Assembly (NCBI GenBank): GCA_902576045.1
Contig: CACGTU010000005.1
Coordinates: 6,507-70,506 of the forward strand
Length of the DNA: 64,000 nucleotides
Direction: 5' to 3'
From: an uncultured Pelagibacteraceae bacterium
Lineage (GTDB): Bacteria > Pseudomonadota > Alphaproteobacteria > Pelagibacterales > Pelagibacteraceae
Shown: positions 28,257-37,798 of the stretch, piece by piece
Layout of the letters: each line of letters starts with the position of its first letter
Numbering within the stretch: position 1 is the stretch's first letter
Translations under genes and position numbers: made by a program
The notes under the pieces: generated by a model
What the model saw: only the letters and a program-made list of their open reading frames with translations
Database searches by the model: none
Told to the model about the DNA's origin: nothing

Positions 28257-29426
28257 ATGAAGTTTGGTTATTTTTGTAACACAACAAACTGGACGCACAA
28301 ACCATATCATCAATTACTAGATGAAACCAAAGAGATCACTGAATATTGTGATAAACATAAATGGAATTCAATATGGTTTACAGAACATCATTTTAATCAT
28401 GAGGGAATGGAGTCTTGCACTAACCCTTTAATGTTAGGAGCAGATGCAGCAGCAAGAACAAAAAATATCAGAATAGGACAAGCTGCAAACGTAATTACAT
28501 TCCATAACCCAATTAGATTAGCAGAAGATATTGCAACGCTTGATCAGCTTTCCAAAGGAAGAGTAGAAGTAGGTGTGGCCAGAGGTGTTTATGGACGAGA
28601 AGCTATAAATTTAAATAAAGAGGCTGATTTAAAAGATCAAGCAAAAAATTTTAGATTATTTGCTGAGACACTAGAAATTTTAAAAAAAGCTTGGTCCGAA
28701 AAATTTTTTAATCACGATGGAGAATTTTATACTTATCCCTCGCCTAACTATGTATGGCAACATGATATGAGTCCGCCAAGTGAAGAATTTATGAATATGG
28801 AAGACAGCACCATGAAAAAAATAAGTGTTGTACCAAAGCCTTATCAGAACCCACACCCGCCTATTCATCAAGTTGTAGATGGAATAAGATCTATTGAGTG
28901 GGCAGCAGAAAATAATATTAATGTAATTATGTGGATTCCTACAGTAAAGGCCCTGAAAATAAGATTTGAGGCATACAAAAATAAAAGATCTGAAGTTACA
29001 AAAAAAAATGTTCCTTTAGGAGAAGGAGTTACTCTTGTTCGAGACATGTTTGTTGCTGATACAATGGAGGAGGCAAAAGAAATGGCAGGAGAACATATGG
29101 TTAATTACATGAAATGGGTTTGTCATTGGAGAGGTCTTGGTAATCATATGGATCCAGGTGAAGAGCTTCCAGAAACTAAAGGCAAATTAGATTTATTAAA
29201 TTACGAATTCCTTCATCAAAGAAATATGCTTTTTGGAACGCCAGAGTATGTGATTGATAAAATTCATGAATTAAAATCAGAATTAAACTTACAAAATCTG
29301 CAAGTTTGGTCTAATTTTCCAGGTGTAAAACATAAAGATTGTATGAAAAGTATAAAGTTATTCACTGAAAAAGTAATGCCACATTTTAAAGATGATCTAG
29401 ACACTGAAGTCAAAAAAGTTTCGTGA
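28257..29426 (+). CDS. Luciferase-like (LLM) flavin-dependent monooxygenase, TgnB-related
   Basis: WFTEHHF, NIRIGQA, PIRLAEDIATLDQLSKGRVEVGVARG, PKPYQNPHPP; strong SD upstream of ATG 28257. Confidence 0.88.
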   Translation: MKFGYFCNTTNWTHKPYHQLLDETKEITEYCDKHKWNSIWFTEHHFNHEGMESCTNPLMLGADAAARTKNIRIGQAANVITFHNPIRLAEDIATLDQLSKGRVEVGVARGVYGREAINLNKEADLKDQAKNFRLFAETLEILKKAWSEKFFNHDGEFYTYPSPNYVWQHDMSPPSEEFMNMEDSTMKKISVVPKPYQNPHPPIHQVVDGIRSIEWAAENNINVIMWIPTVKALKIRFEAYKNKRSEVTKKNVPLGEGVTLVRDMFVADTMEEAKEMAGEHMVNYMKWVCHWRGLGNHMDPGEELPETKGKLDLLNYEFLHQRNMLFGTPEYVIDKIHELKSELNLQNLQVWSNFPGVKHKDCMKSIKLFTEKVMPHFKDDLDTEVKKVS

Positions 29427-31120
29427 AGCTTAAGTCAAGAAAGCTTACCGGTGGTCAAGCTGCAATAAAGTCCTTAAGAAAAGAGCAAGTTAAACATGTA
29501 TTTGGTTTAATTGGATCAGCTACTATGGAAATGTTTGATGCTATTTATCATGATAAAAAAATTAAATTTATTGATGTAAGAGATGAAAGAACAGGAACCC
29601 ATATGGCTGACGGGTATGCAAGAGCATCTAATCAACCAGGTGTAATTATTGCTGGACAAAATGGTCCTGGTGCAACAAATTTAGTTACAGGACTTGCTCA
29701 AGCAAAAGCTGCTTTTTCACCAGTAGTATCCTTAGCGGGACTATATTCAACAAAAGATAAAATGGAGGATGCATTTCAAGGACTTGATCAGCAATCTTTG
29801 TTTGAACCTGTAACTAAAAAAACAATTACATTAAAGAACAGTAAAAATATTCCAAATGCGATATCAGATGGATTTAATGTTGCAATGTCACCAAGAAGAG
29901 GCCCAGTTTGTATAAATTTACCAAGAAACCTACTAGCTGAAAAAAATAATTATAAAATAAATGAAAAAATAAAATCGTTTAAAAATACAAATAATACTCA
30001 ATCTAATCCTAATTTAATTAAAAGAGCTGCAAAATTAATAAGTAATTCATCTAAAGGGATAATTATTGTTGGAGGAGGAATAAAATATACTTCAGGTTTT
30101 AAACCAGTCATAGAACTTGCGGAATATTTGAATGTTCCAATTGTAACAGCTGCTGGTCATGGTGATGCTATTCCTTTTAATCATAAATTAAATGCTGGAC
30201 AAATGGGACCAAGAGGAAATCCTGTTGCAACAAAATTGACTAAAGAGGCAGATATTATTATAGCAATTGGAACAAGACTTGGTTTTAATTCAACTTTTTA
30301 TTCTTTCGAGAACATAAATAAAAAAGCAAAAATTATACAAGTTGAACTAGAAAAAAAAATGTTAGGGAAATATTTTCCAATTAAAATTGGTATAAATGCA
30401 GATGCAGCAACAACTGCAAATCAATTGCTTAGAGAGTTTAAAAAACAAAAAATTAAATCTGAAGTAAAAATTTGGACAGATAACTTTAAAAAAGAAAGAT
30501 CAAATTATTTATTTCAACGTGACAATGCACTTTATAAAAATTTTCCAATCCAACCACCAGGGCTTTTCAAAGAACTAAGAAAAGTTTTACCCAAAAACTC
30601 AGCAATTACTTTGGATGCTGGAACCCTTTGTTTGCAAGCGACGGATGCTTTAGAATATTACAATCCACCTAGTTTATTTACTCCTTTAGATTTTGGATTA
30701 GTTGGATTTTCATTTGCATGTGGATTAGGTGTAAAAGTTGCAAAACCTAAAAAAACTGTTGTAAGTCTAATGGGTGATGGTGGATTTGGTATGACAATAT
30801 CTGAATTAAGCACTGCTGTAGAACATAAAATTAATACTATAACAATCATAATGAACAATAAAAGTTGGGGTGCAGAAAAAGCATATCAAAAGGATTTTTT
30901 TGGAAAAAGATATTTAGGTGCTGATATTTCTAGTCCGCCCTTTAGCAAAGTAGCAGAGCTCTATGGAGCTAATGGATATAAAGTGAAGAGGTTGTCTGAA
31001 ATTAACGATGCAGTTAAAAGTGCACTTAAAGTAAATAAACCTGTAGTGATTGATGTTGATGTAGATCCAAAAGCACTGTACAGTTTTAGGAGAGATAGCT
31101 TTAAACACAAATCAAAATAA
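29423..31120 (+). CDS. ThDP-dependent enzyme, sulfoacetaldehyde acetyltransferase (Xsc)-like
   Basis: FGLIGSA, GQNGPG, GDGG...NN ThDP motif, WGAEK as in Xsc; GTGA overlap with LLM gene. Confidence 0.8.
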   Translation: MKLKSRKLTGGQAAIKSLRKEQVKHVFGLIGSATMEMFDAIYHDKKIKFIDVRDERTGTHMADGYARASNQPGVIIAGQNGPGATNLVTGLAQAKAAFSPVVSLAGLYSTKDKMEDAFQGLDQQSLFEPVTKKTITLKNSKNIPNAISDGFNVAMSPRRGPVCINLPRNLLAEKNNYKINEKIKSFKNTNNTQSNPNLIKRAAKLISNSSKGIIIVGGGIKYTSGFKPVIELAEYLNVPIVTAAGHGDAIPFNHKLNAGQMGPRGNPVATKLTKEADIIIAIGTRLGFNSTFYSFENINKKAKIIQVELEKKMLGKYFPIKIGINADAATTANQLLREFKKQKIKSEVKIWTDNFKKERSNYLFQRDNALYKNFPIQPPGLFKELRKVLPKNSAITLDAGTLCLQATDALEYYNPPSLFTPLDFGLVGFSFACGLGVKVAKPKKTVVSLMGDGGFGMTISELSTAVEHKINTITIIMNNKSWGAEKAYQKDFFGKRYLGADISSPPFSKVAELYGANGYKVKRLSEINDAVKSALKVNKPVVIDVDVDPKALYSFRRDSFKHKSK

Positions 31121-31704
31121 TGAAATTACAATTACGTAAATTTACAAAGTTTGTAGATAAAACATTTTTAGAGGGTGGAAAAGATGCAAAGGACCCTGTG
31201 CTTTTAGTTTCAGTTGCTGCAGTAATACAAAATCCTTGGGCTGGAAAAGGTTTTGTTGAGGATATTAAGCCTGAAATTTTAGAACTGGCACCAAAGCTTG
31301 GAGATATTTTAGTTCCAGAACTTATTAAAGAGATAGGTTCAGGAGATAAAATTCAAGCATATGGGAAGGCTGCAATAGTTGGTCTTAATGGAGAAATAGA
31401 ACATGCATCTGCTTTTATACATACCTTAAGATTTGGAAATAAGTTTAGAGATGCAGTTGGTGGAACTGCCTATTTAAGTTTTACAAATACAAGGGGACCC
31501 GCAGGATCAAAGATTTCTATTCCTATGATGCATAAAACAGATCCTGGATTAAGGCCATTTTATTTAACACATGAATTTACAATTCATGACGCTCCAAATG
31601 AAGATGAGATAGTTGTTGCAATAGGTGGTGCTCCATTTGGAAGAGCGCATGCAAGAACTGGAGACAGATATCAAGATATGAAAGAAATGGGCATTGAACA
31701 ATAA
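31120..31704 (+). CDS. DUF1185 'amino acid synthesis' family protein, TgnF-like
   Basis: NPWAG, YGKAAIVGLNGEIEH, IHTLRFGN, DAPNEDEIVVA. Confidence 0.8.
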   Translation: MKLQLRKFTKFVDKTFLEGGKDAKDPVLLVSVAAVIQNPWAGKGFVEDIKPEILELAPKLGDILVPELIKEIGSGDKIQAYGKAAIVGLNGEIEHASAFIHTLRFGNKFRDAVGGTAYLSFTNTRGPAGSKISIPMMHKTDPGLRPFYLTHEFTIHDAPNEDEIVVAIGGAPFGRAHARTGDRYQDMKEMGIEQ

Positions 31705-31707
31705 ATA

Positions 31708-32481
31708 ATGATCAATGCAAAAGACTCCTACAATACTTTTTATTCTTTAAATCAAAAATCTGGAATTCCTTTGGTATTTATCCATGGTGTAGGCTTGAAT
31801 TATACGATTTGGGAACCTCAAGTAAACGCATTTGAAAATAGTGTATTAACATATGATATTCTAGGACATGGAAAAACTCCTCTCAACAAAGATCAAATTT
31901 CATTTGATGTTTTTTCAGACCAATTATTAAATTTAATTAATGAACTTAATATTGAAAAAATCCACTTAATTGGTTTTTCAATTGGATCATTAATAGCAAG
32001 AAATTTTGCATGCAAATTTAATGAAAGACTTCAGTCTTTAACATTGCTCTGTTCAATATTTAAAAGAAGTACAGAACAACAAAAATTAGTAACTGATAGG
32101 TTTGAACTTGCCAAAAAAAGTAAGAAATTATCTAAACAAGCGTTAAATAGATGGTTTACAGATGATTACTTAAAAAAAAATCCTGATACATATAATAAAA
32201 TAAGTAGCTTATTGGACACAAATAACATGAATAATTTTTTAAAAGTTTATTCACTTTTTGTAAATCATAAAGATCAAGAGGATTTTTCAAAAATAAAAGT
32301 AAAAACCTTAATAATGACTGGAGAAGGCGATGAAGGTTCTACACCTCAAATGTCTGAGGAATTAAGTAAAGAAATTGAGAATTCTAAATTTAAAATAATT
32401 CCTAAAGGGAAACATCTATGTAGTATTGAATGTTCTGATAAGGTAAATTTAGAAATAAAAAAACATATAGAAAATGCCTGA
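31708..32481 (+). CDS. Alpha/beta hydrolase, TgnD-like
   Basis: FIHGVGL, DILGHG, GFSIG nucleophile elbow, Asp and His of the triad. Confidence 0.82.
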   Translation: MINAKDSYNTFYSLNQKSGIPLVFIHGVGLNYTIWEPQVNAFENSVLTYDILGHGKTPLNKDQISFDVFSDQLLNLINELNIEKIHLIGFSIGSLIARNFACKFNERLQSLTLLCSIFKRSTEQQKLVTDRFELAKKSKKLSKQALNRWFTDDYLKKNPDTYNKISSLLDTNNMNNFLKVYSLFVNHKDQEDFSKIKVKTLIMTGEGDEGSTPQMSEELSKEIENSKFKIIPKGKHLCSIECSDKVNLEIKKHIENA

Positions 32482-33955
32482 GTTAAAAAAATATAAAATG
32501 TTTATAAATGGTGAGTGGGTTAACTCGGATACTAAAAAAACTTTTGAAACACTTAATCCTGAAAATAATAAACCTTGGGCTGTAGTTCCAGAGGCAAGTG
32601 CAAGCGATGTTGACAGAGCTGTCAAAGCTGCACAAAATGCATTTGAAGGCGAGTGGCCAAAATTATTACCAAAAGAAAGAGCAAGATATCTGAGGATGAT
32701 AGGAGATAAACTTAGAGATAACGCTGAACATTTAGGAAAAATAGAAACAATTGATACTGGAAAACTTTATAGAGAAACATATAAACAAGCCAACTACATA
32801 GCTGAATATTATGATTATTATGCAGGTCTTGCTGATAAGGTTGAAGGTTCTGTTCTTCCAATAGACAAACCAAACATTCAAGCAATAACGACAAGAATAC
32901 CAATCGGTGTAATTGCTGCAATTGTTCCATGGAACTCGCAAATGTTTTTAACAGCTACAAAACTTGCTCCAGCGTTAGCAATGGGTAACACTGTTGTAAT
33001 TAAATGCTCTGAGTTAGCACCTGCAACAATGTTTGAATTTGCTAAATTAATTGAGGAAACTGGTATTCCAAAAGGGGTTGTAAATGTTATTTCTGGTTTT
33101 GGAGAACCTTGTGGTAAAGCTCTTACATCACATAATCTAGTTGAAAAAATTGCATTTACTGGTGGGCCAGAAACAGCACGTCATATCATTAGAAATTCTG
33201 CAGAAAATTTATCTGAAGTAAGTTTAGAACTTGGGGGAAAGAGTCCTGTTGCAGTGTTTAATGATGCAAACCAAGAAAATGCAATTAACGGAATTACTGC
33301 AGGAATTTTTGGTGCCAGTGGACAAAGCTGTATTGCTGGATCTAGACTTTATTTGCAGGAAGAGATTTATGACGAATTTTTAGACAAACTATCAAAAAGA
33401 GCTGAGAAAATAAAAATTGGAGCTCCAATGGATCCTGAAACCGAGATGGGCCCAATAAGTAACTATAAACAGTTAGAGGTCATTGAAAAAAACATCAAGC
33501 TAACTCTTGAACAAGGTGGAAGATTAAAATGTGGAGGACAAAGACATTCATTTTCTAATGAAGGTTATTATTTTCCAGCAACAATTATAGAATGTGATAA
33601 CCATAATTTACCAGTTGCTGAGAATGAATTGTTTGGACCTGTTTTATCAGTAATGAAATTTAAAACTGAGGACGAAGTTGTTTCCAAGATGAATGATAAC
33701 CAGTATGGATTATCATCGGGTATATACACGTCCGATCTTGCAAGAGGTATGAGAGTTTCAAAAGCAATTAGAGCTGGAATTACTTTTGTAAATACATATA
33801 GATTAATATCGCCAACTGCTCCATTTGGTGGAATAAAGGATAGTGGATATGGAAAAGAGGCGGGGCTAGAATCTATTAAAGATTATACTCGAGTAAAGAC
33901 TACATGGTTTTATACTTCTGACGAACCTACCTTGGATCCATTTTCAATTAGATAA
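32474..33955 (+). CDS. Aldehyde dehydrogenase, TgnC-like
   Basis: PWNSQ, FTGGPETARH, LELGGKSP, GQSCIAGSR, ELFGPV, C-terminal DPFSIR. Confidence 0.88.
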   Translation: MPELKKYKMFINGEWVNSDTKKTFETLNPENNKPWAVVPEASASDVDRAVKAAQNAFEGEWPKLLPKERARYLRMIGDKLRDNAEHLGKIETIDTGKLYRETYKQANYIAEYYDYYAGLADKVEGSVLPIDKPNIQAITTRIPIGVIAAIVPWNSQMFLTATKLAPALAMGNTVVIKCSELAPATMFEFAKLIEETGIPKGVVNVISGFGEPCGKALTSHNLVEKIAFTGGPETARHIIRNSAENLSEVSLELGGKSPVAVFNDANQENAINGITAGIFGASGQSCIAGSRLYLQEEIYDEFLDKLSKRAEKIKIGAPMDPETEMGPISNYKQLEVIEKNIKLTLEQGGRLKCGGQRHSFSNEGYYFPATIIECDNHNLPVAENELFGPVLSVMKFKTEDEVVSKMNDNQYGLSSGIYTSDLARGMRVSKAIRAGITFVNTYRLISPTAPFGGIKDSGYGKEAGLESIKDYTRVKTTWFYTSDEPTLDPFSIR

Positions 33956-34044
33956 CATCAAATATAAGCCAAAATTACTTATTGAAATAATAATTAAACA
34001 ATATTTAAATTAGACTTTATAAATTGTTAACAATTAGAGGGAAA

Positions 34045-35226
34045 ATGAAAAAACTAATTATGACTGCAACAATATTTGTCATGACAATGACATCAAATGT
34101 TCTCGCAGATATCAAAATGGGGATAATATTAGGATTTACAGGTCCTATTGAGTCTCTTACTCCAGCAATGGCTGCTTCTGCTGAGCTTGCATTTAAAGAA
34201 GCTTCAGACTCAGGTTCATTATTAGGTGGAGAAAAAATTTCAATTGAGAGAGCAGATTCTACTTGTGTAGATTCGGCGGCGGCTACAACAGCAGCTGAAG
34301 GTCTAGTATCTGGTGGTGTTGTTGCTATCATGGGTGCCGACTGTTCAGGAGTAACTGGAGCAATCGCAACTAATGTTGCTGTGCCTAATGGAGTAGTTAT
34401 GATTTCACCATCTGCAACTTCTCCAGGATTAACAGATCTAAATGATAATGGTTATTTTTTCAGAACTGCTCCATCTGATGCGAGAGGTGGTCAAGTTTTG
34501 GCTGATATTACTAAAGACAGAAAAGTAAAATCAATTGCTGTTACTCACACAAACAATGACTATGGTAAAGGTTTAGCAGACGTATACGTAGCAGCTGTGA
34601 AAGCACACGGCATAAATGTTACAGCAGTCACTGCTCATGAAGAAGGTAAAGGAGACTATGGTGCAGAAGTAGCTACTTTAGCTGCAGCCGGAGGTGATGC
34701 TTTGGCAGTACTTGGTTACCTTGATCAAGCTGGTGGTATGATAATTCAAGGATCATTGGACTCTGGTGCATTTGATGTATTTGTACTTTCAGATGGAATG
34801 ATTGGCGACTCTTTAACAGACAGATTTGGAAAAGATTTGAACAAATCATTTGGTTCTTTGCCTGGATCAACAGGAAAAGGTGCTGGAAAATTTGCTGAAG
34901 TTGCAAAAGCTGGTGGAATTGACTCTTCAGGGCCATACACTGGAGAATCATATGATGCAGCAGCATTAATAGCTCTTTCTATGCAAGCAGGTGGAAATGC
35001 AGATAGAGGAACAATTCAAGCAAACGTTATGAATGTTGCAAATGCTCCTGGAACAAAAATTTATCCAGGTGAATTAAAAAAAGCTCTTGATTTATTAGCT
35101 AAAGGAAAAAAGGTTAATTACGAGGGAGCAACCGGCGTTGAATTTACTGATGTAGGTGAAGCTTTTGGATCTTTCTTAGAAAAAGAAATCAAAGGTGGTA
35201 AGTTCAAAACGAAAAAACAAAGATAA
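34045..35226 (+). CDS. livJ: LivJ-family ABC substrate-binding protein
   Basis: Signal peptide, GADCSGVT, ISPSATSP, FFRTAPSD, YDAAAL; ATG 34045 follows GAGGG. Confidence 0.85.
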   Translation: MKKLIMTATIFVMTMTSNVLADIKMGIILGFTGPIESLTPAMAASAELAFKEASDSGSLLGGEKISIERADSTCVDSAAATTAAEGLVSGGVVAIMGADCSGVTGAIATNVAVPNGVVMISPSATSPGLTDLNDNGYFFRTAPSDARGGQVLADITKDRKVKSIAVTHTNNDYGKGLADVYVAAVKAHGINVTAVTAHEEGKGDYGAEVATLAAAGGDALAVLGYLDQAGGMIIQGSLDSGAFDVFVLSDGMIGDSLTDRFGKDLNKSFGSLPGSTGKGAGKFAEVAKAGGIDSSGPYTGESYDAAALIALSMQAGGNADRGTIQANVMNVANAPGTKIYPGELKKALDLLAKGKKVNYEGATGVEFTDVGEAFGSFLEKEIKGGKFKTKKQR

Positions 35227-35240
35227 TACTTAATATTTTT

Positions 35241-35273
35241 ATACCCCAGTGAATTCTTCGCTGGGGTATTTTT
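35241..35273 (+). terminator. Rho-independent terminator between convergent livJ and livM units
   Basis: 13-bp stem ATACCCCAGTGAA/TTCGCTGGGGTAT followed by TTTT. Confidence 0.85.
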
Positions 35274-35346
35274 GTTAATTAGTTTTTTATAATTTTTTAA
35301 TGTGTATAAAATTTTATATCTCTAAATCTGTTATTGTAAGAAAATT

Positions 35347-35418
35347 TTAAAAAAATAAATACTTATCTGCCATGTACAAAGCCCAAGCTATTGCAGCACC
35401 TGTAATAATATATTTCAT
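35347..35418 (-). CDS. Putative 23-aa single-TM microprotein MKYIITGAAIAWALYMADKYLFF
   Basis: ATG overlaps the livM stop (TAATG); hydrophobic core; not in ORF track. Confidence 0.45.
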   Translation of the reverse strand: MKYIITGAAIAWALYMADKYLFF

Positions 35419-36788
35419 TATTGTTTAATTATTTTTTCTGGTATTATACCCTTAGGTCTATATCTCATAATCATCAATAATCCAATTCCAATCACAAGAA
35501 ACCTAAAGTATGAAGCGCTCTCAATTAAATGAACTCTTAAAGCATGAGTTTCAGGCATATGAGAAGTAAATAAATTAATCAAAAACAAGGCAATAGGAGC
35601 CGCTTCAACCCAAAGAAACCATACAACAAATCCACCTAGTATAGCACCAAAGTTATTTCCAGTTCCCCCTACAATAACCATAACCCATATAACAAAAGTA
35701 TATCTCATTGGGCGATAACTCCCAGGAGTGAACAAGCCATCATTAGTAACCATCATTGCCCCAGCAAGTCCAACCACAGCAGATCCTAAAACAAATATAA
35801 GCAAATGTTCTTTGACAATATTTTTACCCATTGCACTGGCAGCTTCCTCATTGTCTCTAATTGCCCTCATCTTACGACCCCATGGAGAATATAAAGCCTT
35901 TTGAGTAACAACTAATAAAATAACCACAACTGTTAAAAATAAACCAGTAAAACAAAGTTTCACATAAACAGAGGAAGCTTCAATAACCATTTGATTAAGA
36001 GCCTCCTGTTTTTCTGTTACTGAACTTATTAAGCTTAATTTTTTTGAATGAAATTTTTCGACTAAATTAATAAACCAATCAGATTTTTGTAAATCAATTT
36101 CATATGGTGCAGGTCTTTTTAGCCCAATCACATTTTTAACGCCTCTTGCTAACCATTCCTCATGTTTAATTATTGAGACTACAATTTCAGCAATTAGAAG
36201 TGTTGCGATTGCAAGATAATCTGCTCTCAAACCTAACGCAATTTTTCCAATCACAAATGCTAACCCCCCAGCAAATAGACCACCCACAACCCATGAAAAT
36301 AAAACCGGCATGCCAAGTCCACCGAGAAAACCTGTTTTTGCAGGATCAATCGCTTCAATAGCTTCTATACCAGGAGTAGCAGTAACATTTAATACAAGTA
36401 TCCCTCCAATAATAATTGAGGCAATACTATAATTTCTTTTCTTTGATTTTTTAAAATATTTTAAAATGTATCTTACAGTGACCACCATGGCCACTATTAT
36501 CAATATACAGGCAAGGATATTTAATCCACCCACTTGCCATGCTTTCTTAACTGGATCTACTGAAACCAAAACTACGGCTAAACCGCCAAGTGCAGTATAC
36601 CCCATGATACCAAAGTTTATTAAACCCGCATAACCCCATTGTATATTTGCACCAATAGTCATAACAGCTGAAATTAAACAATAATTCATTATAGTAAGAG
36701 CAATCGACCAAGATTGAAATATTCCTACAAATATTATTAAAACTAACATTATTGAATATGCTGCAATTACATTTGAATAATTCCTCAT
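35418..36788 (-). CDS. livM: Branched-chain amino acid ABC permease
   Basis: WGYAGLINFG, LRADYLAIATL, MRAIRDNE, MVIVGGTGN. Confidence 0.88.
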   Translation of the reverse strand: MRNYSNVIAAYSIMLVLIIFVGIFQSWSIALTIMNYCLISAVMTIGANIQWGYAGLINFGIMGYTALGGLAVVLVSVDPVKKAWQVGGLNILACILIIVAMVVTVRYILKYFKKSKKRNYSIASIIIGGILVLNVTATPGIEAIEAIDPAKTGFLGGLGMPVLFSWVVGGLFAGGLAFVIGKIALGLRADYLAIATLLIAEIVVSIIKHEEWLARGVKNVIGLKRPAPYEIDLQKSDWFINLVEKFHSKKLSLISSVTEKQEALNQMVIEASSVYVKLCFTGLFLTVVVILLVVTQKALYSPWGRKMRAIRDNEEAASAMGKNIVKEHLLIFVLGSAVVGLAGAMMVTNDGLFTPGSYRPMRYTFVIWVMVIVGGTGNNFGAILGGFVVWFLWVEAAPIALFLINLFTSHMPETHALRVHLIESASYFRFLVIGIGLLMIMRYRPKGIIPEKIIKQ

Positions 36789-37798
36789 AGAGTTTTGCCT
36801 TTAAATATTCCTGATGGTCTTGCTAACAAAACAATTACTAAAATTGAGAATGAAATTGCAAATTTATAATCTGTAGAAAGTAGCTGTAACAAAGAGTTGG
36901 GCTCTAAAGACTCTGGTAAAAGATATGATATAAATCTTTTGTAAGCATAAGTTAAAAATATTTCTGCAAATGCAATGACATAACCTCCAAGGAATGCTCC
37001 AAATGGATTACCTATACCTCCAACAATTGCAGCTGCAAAAATTGGAAGCATATTGTTAAAATAAACAAATGGCCTATAACTTTTATCCAAACCATACAAA
37101 ACCCCTCCGACTGTTGCTAATATTCCTGCAATAATCCAAGTGATCATTACAACTTTTTTAGGATCTATACCTGACAATAAAGCCAAATCTTCATTGTCAG
37201 AATAAGCTCTCATGCTTTTTCCTGTTTTTGTCTTATTTAAAAACCAGAACATAATTGAAACTATAATTATAGTTACAATAACAGTAATAGCTTGAGAAGA
37301 TTTTAAAGTTATTCCTTCATTTAATCCTGTTATTTCTTTAAATTCATTTGCTTTTAAAATAAATTTTTCTCCATCAATAAATCTTCTATCTGATGGCCCT
37401 ATAACAATTCTTATAATTGCTTGAGTTACAAACATAACTCCAACACTAACCATAGCAAATTGAACTGGAGGGCTTTTTTTTATTCGATAATAACTAAAAA
37501 TAAATTTATCAATTAAAAGCATATAAATAATCATTGCAACTATTGCAAAAGGAATTGTCAGCAACGCTGTTGGTAGAAAACCAAAATTAATTCCTATAGT
37601 TTGAAAATAATAAGTAAGCAAAACAGCAAACATGGTTCCAAAGGACATCATGTCTCCAGTTGCAAAATTAGCAAACCTTAGAACTGCATAAATTAATGTT
37701 ACAAATATTGCACCTAATGCAAGCTGAGATCCATAAGCCAAGGCCGGTATAACTGTGAAATTTATCAAAACTGTTAAAGCGTTTAATATTTCCATCAT
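36785..37798 (-). CDS. livH: Branched-chain amino acid ABC permease
   Basis: LRFANFATGD, GKSMRAYSDN, AAIVGGIG. Confidence 0.88.
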   Translation of the reverse strand: MMEILNALTVLINFTVIPALAYGSQLALGAIFVTLIYAVLRFANFATGDMMSFGTMFAVLLTYYFQTIGINFGFLPTALLTIPFAIVAMIIYMLLIDKFIFSYYRIKKSPPVQFAMVSVGVMFVTQAIIRIVIGPSDRRFIDGEKFILKANEFKEITGLNEGITLKSSQAITVIVTIIIVSIMFWFLNKTKTGKSMRAYSDNEDLALLSGIDPKKVVMITWIIAGILATVGGVLYGLDKSYRPFVYFNNMLPIFAAAIVGGIGNPFGAFLGGYVIAFAEIFLTYAYKRFISYLLPESLEPNSLLQLLSTDYKFAISFSILVIVLLARPSGIFKGKTL

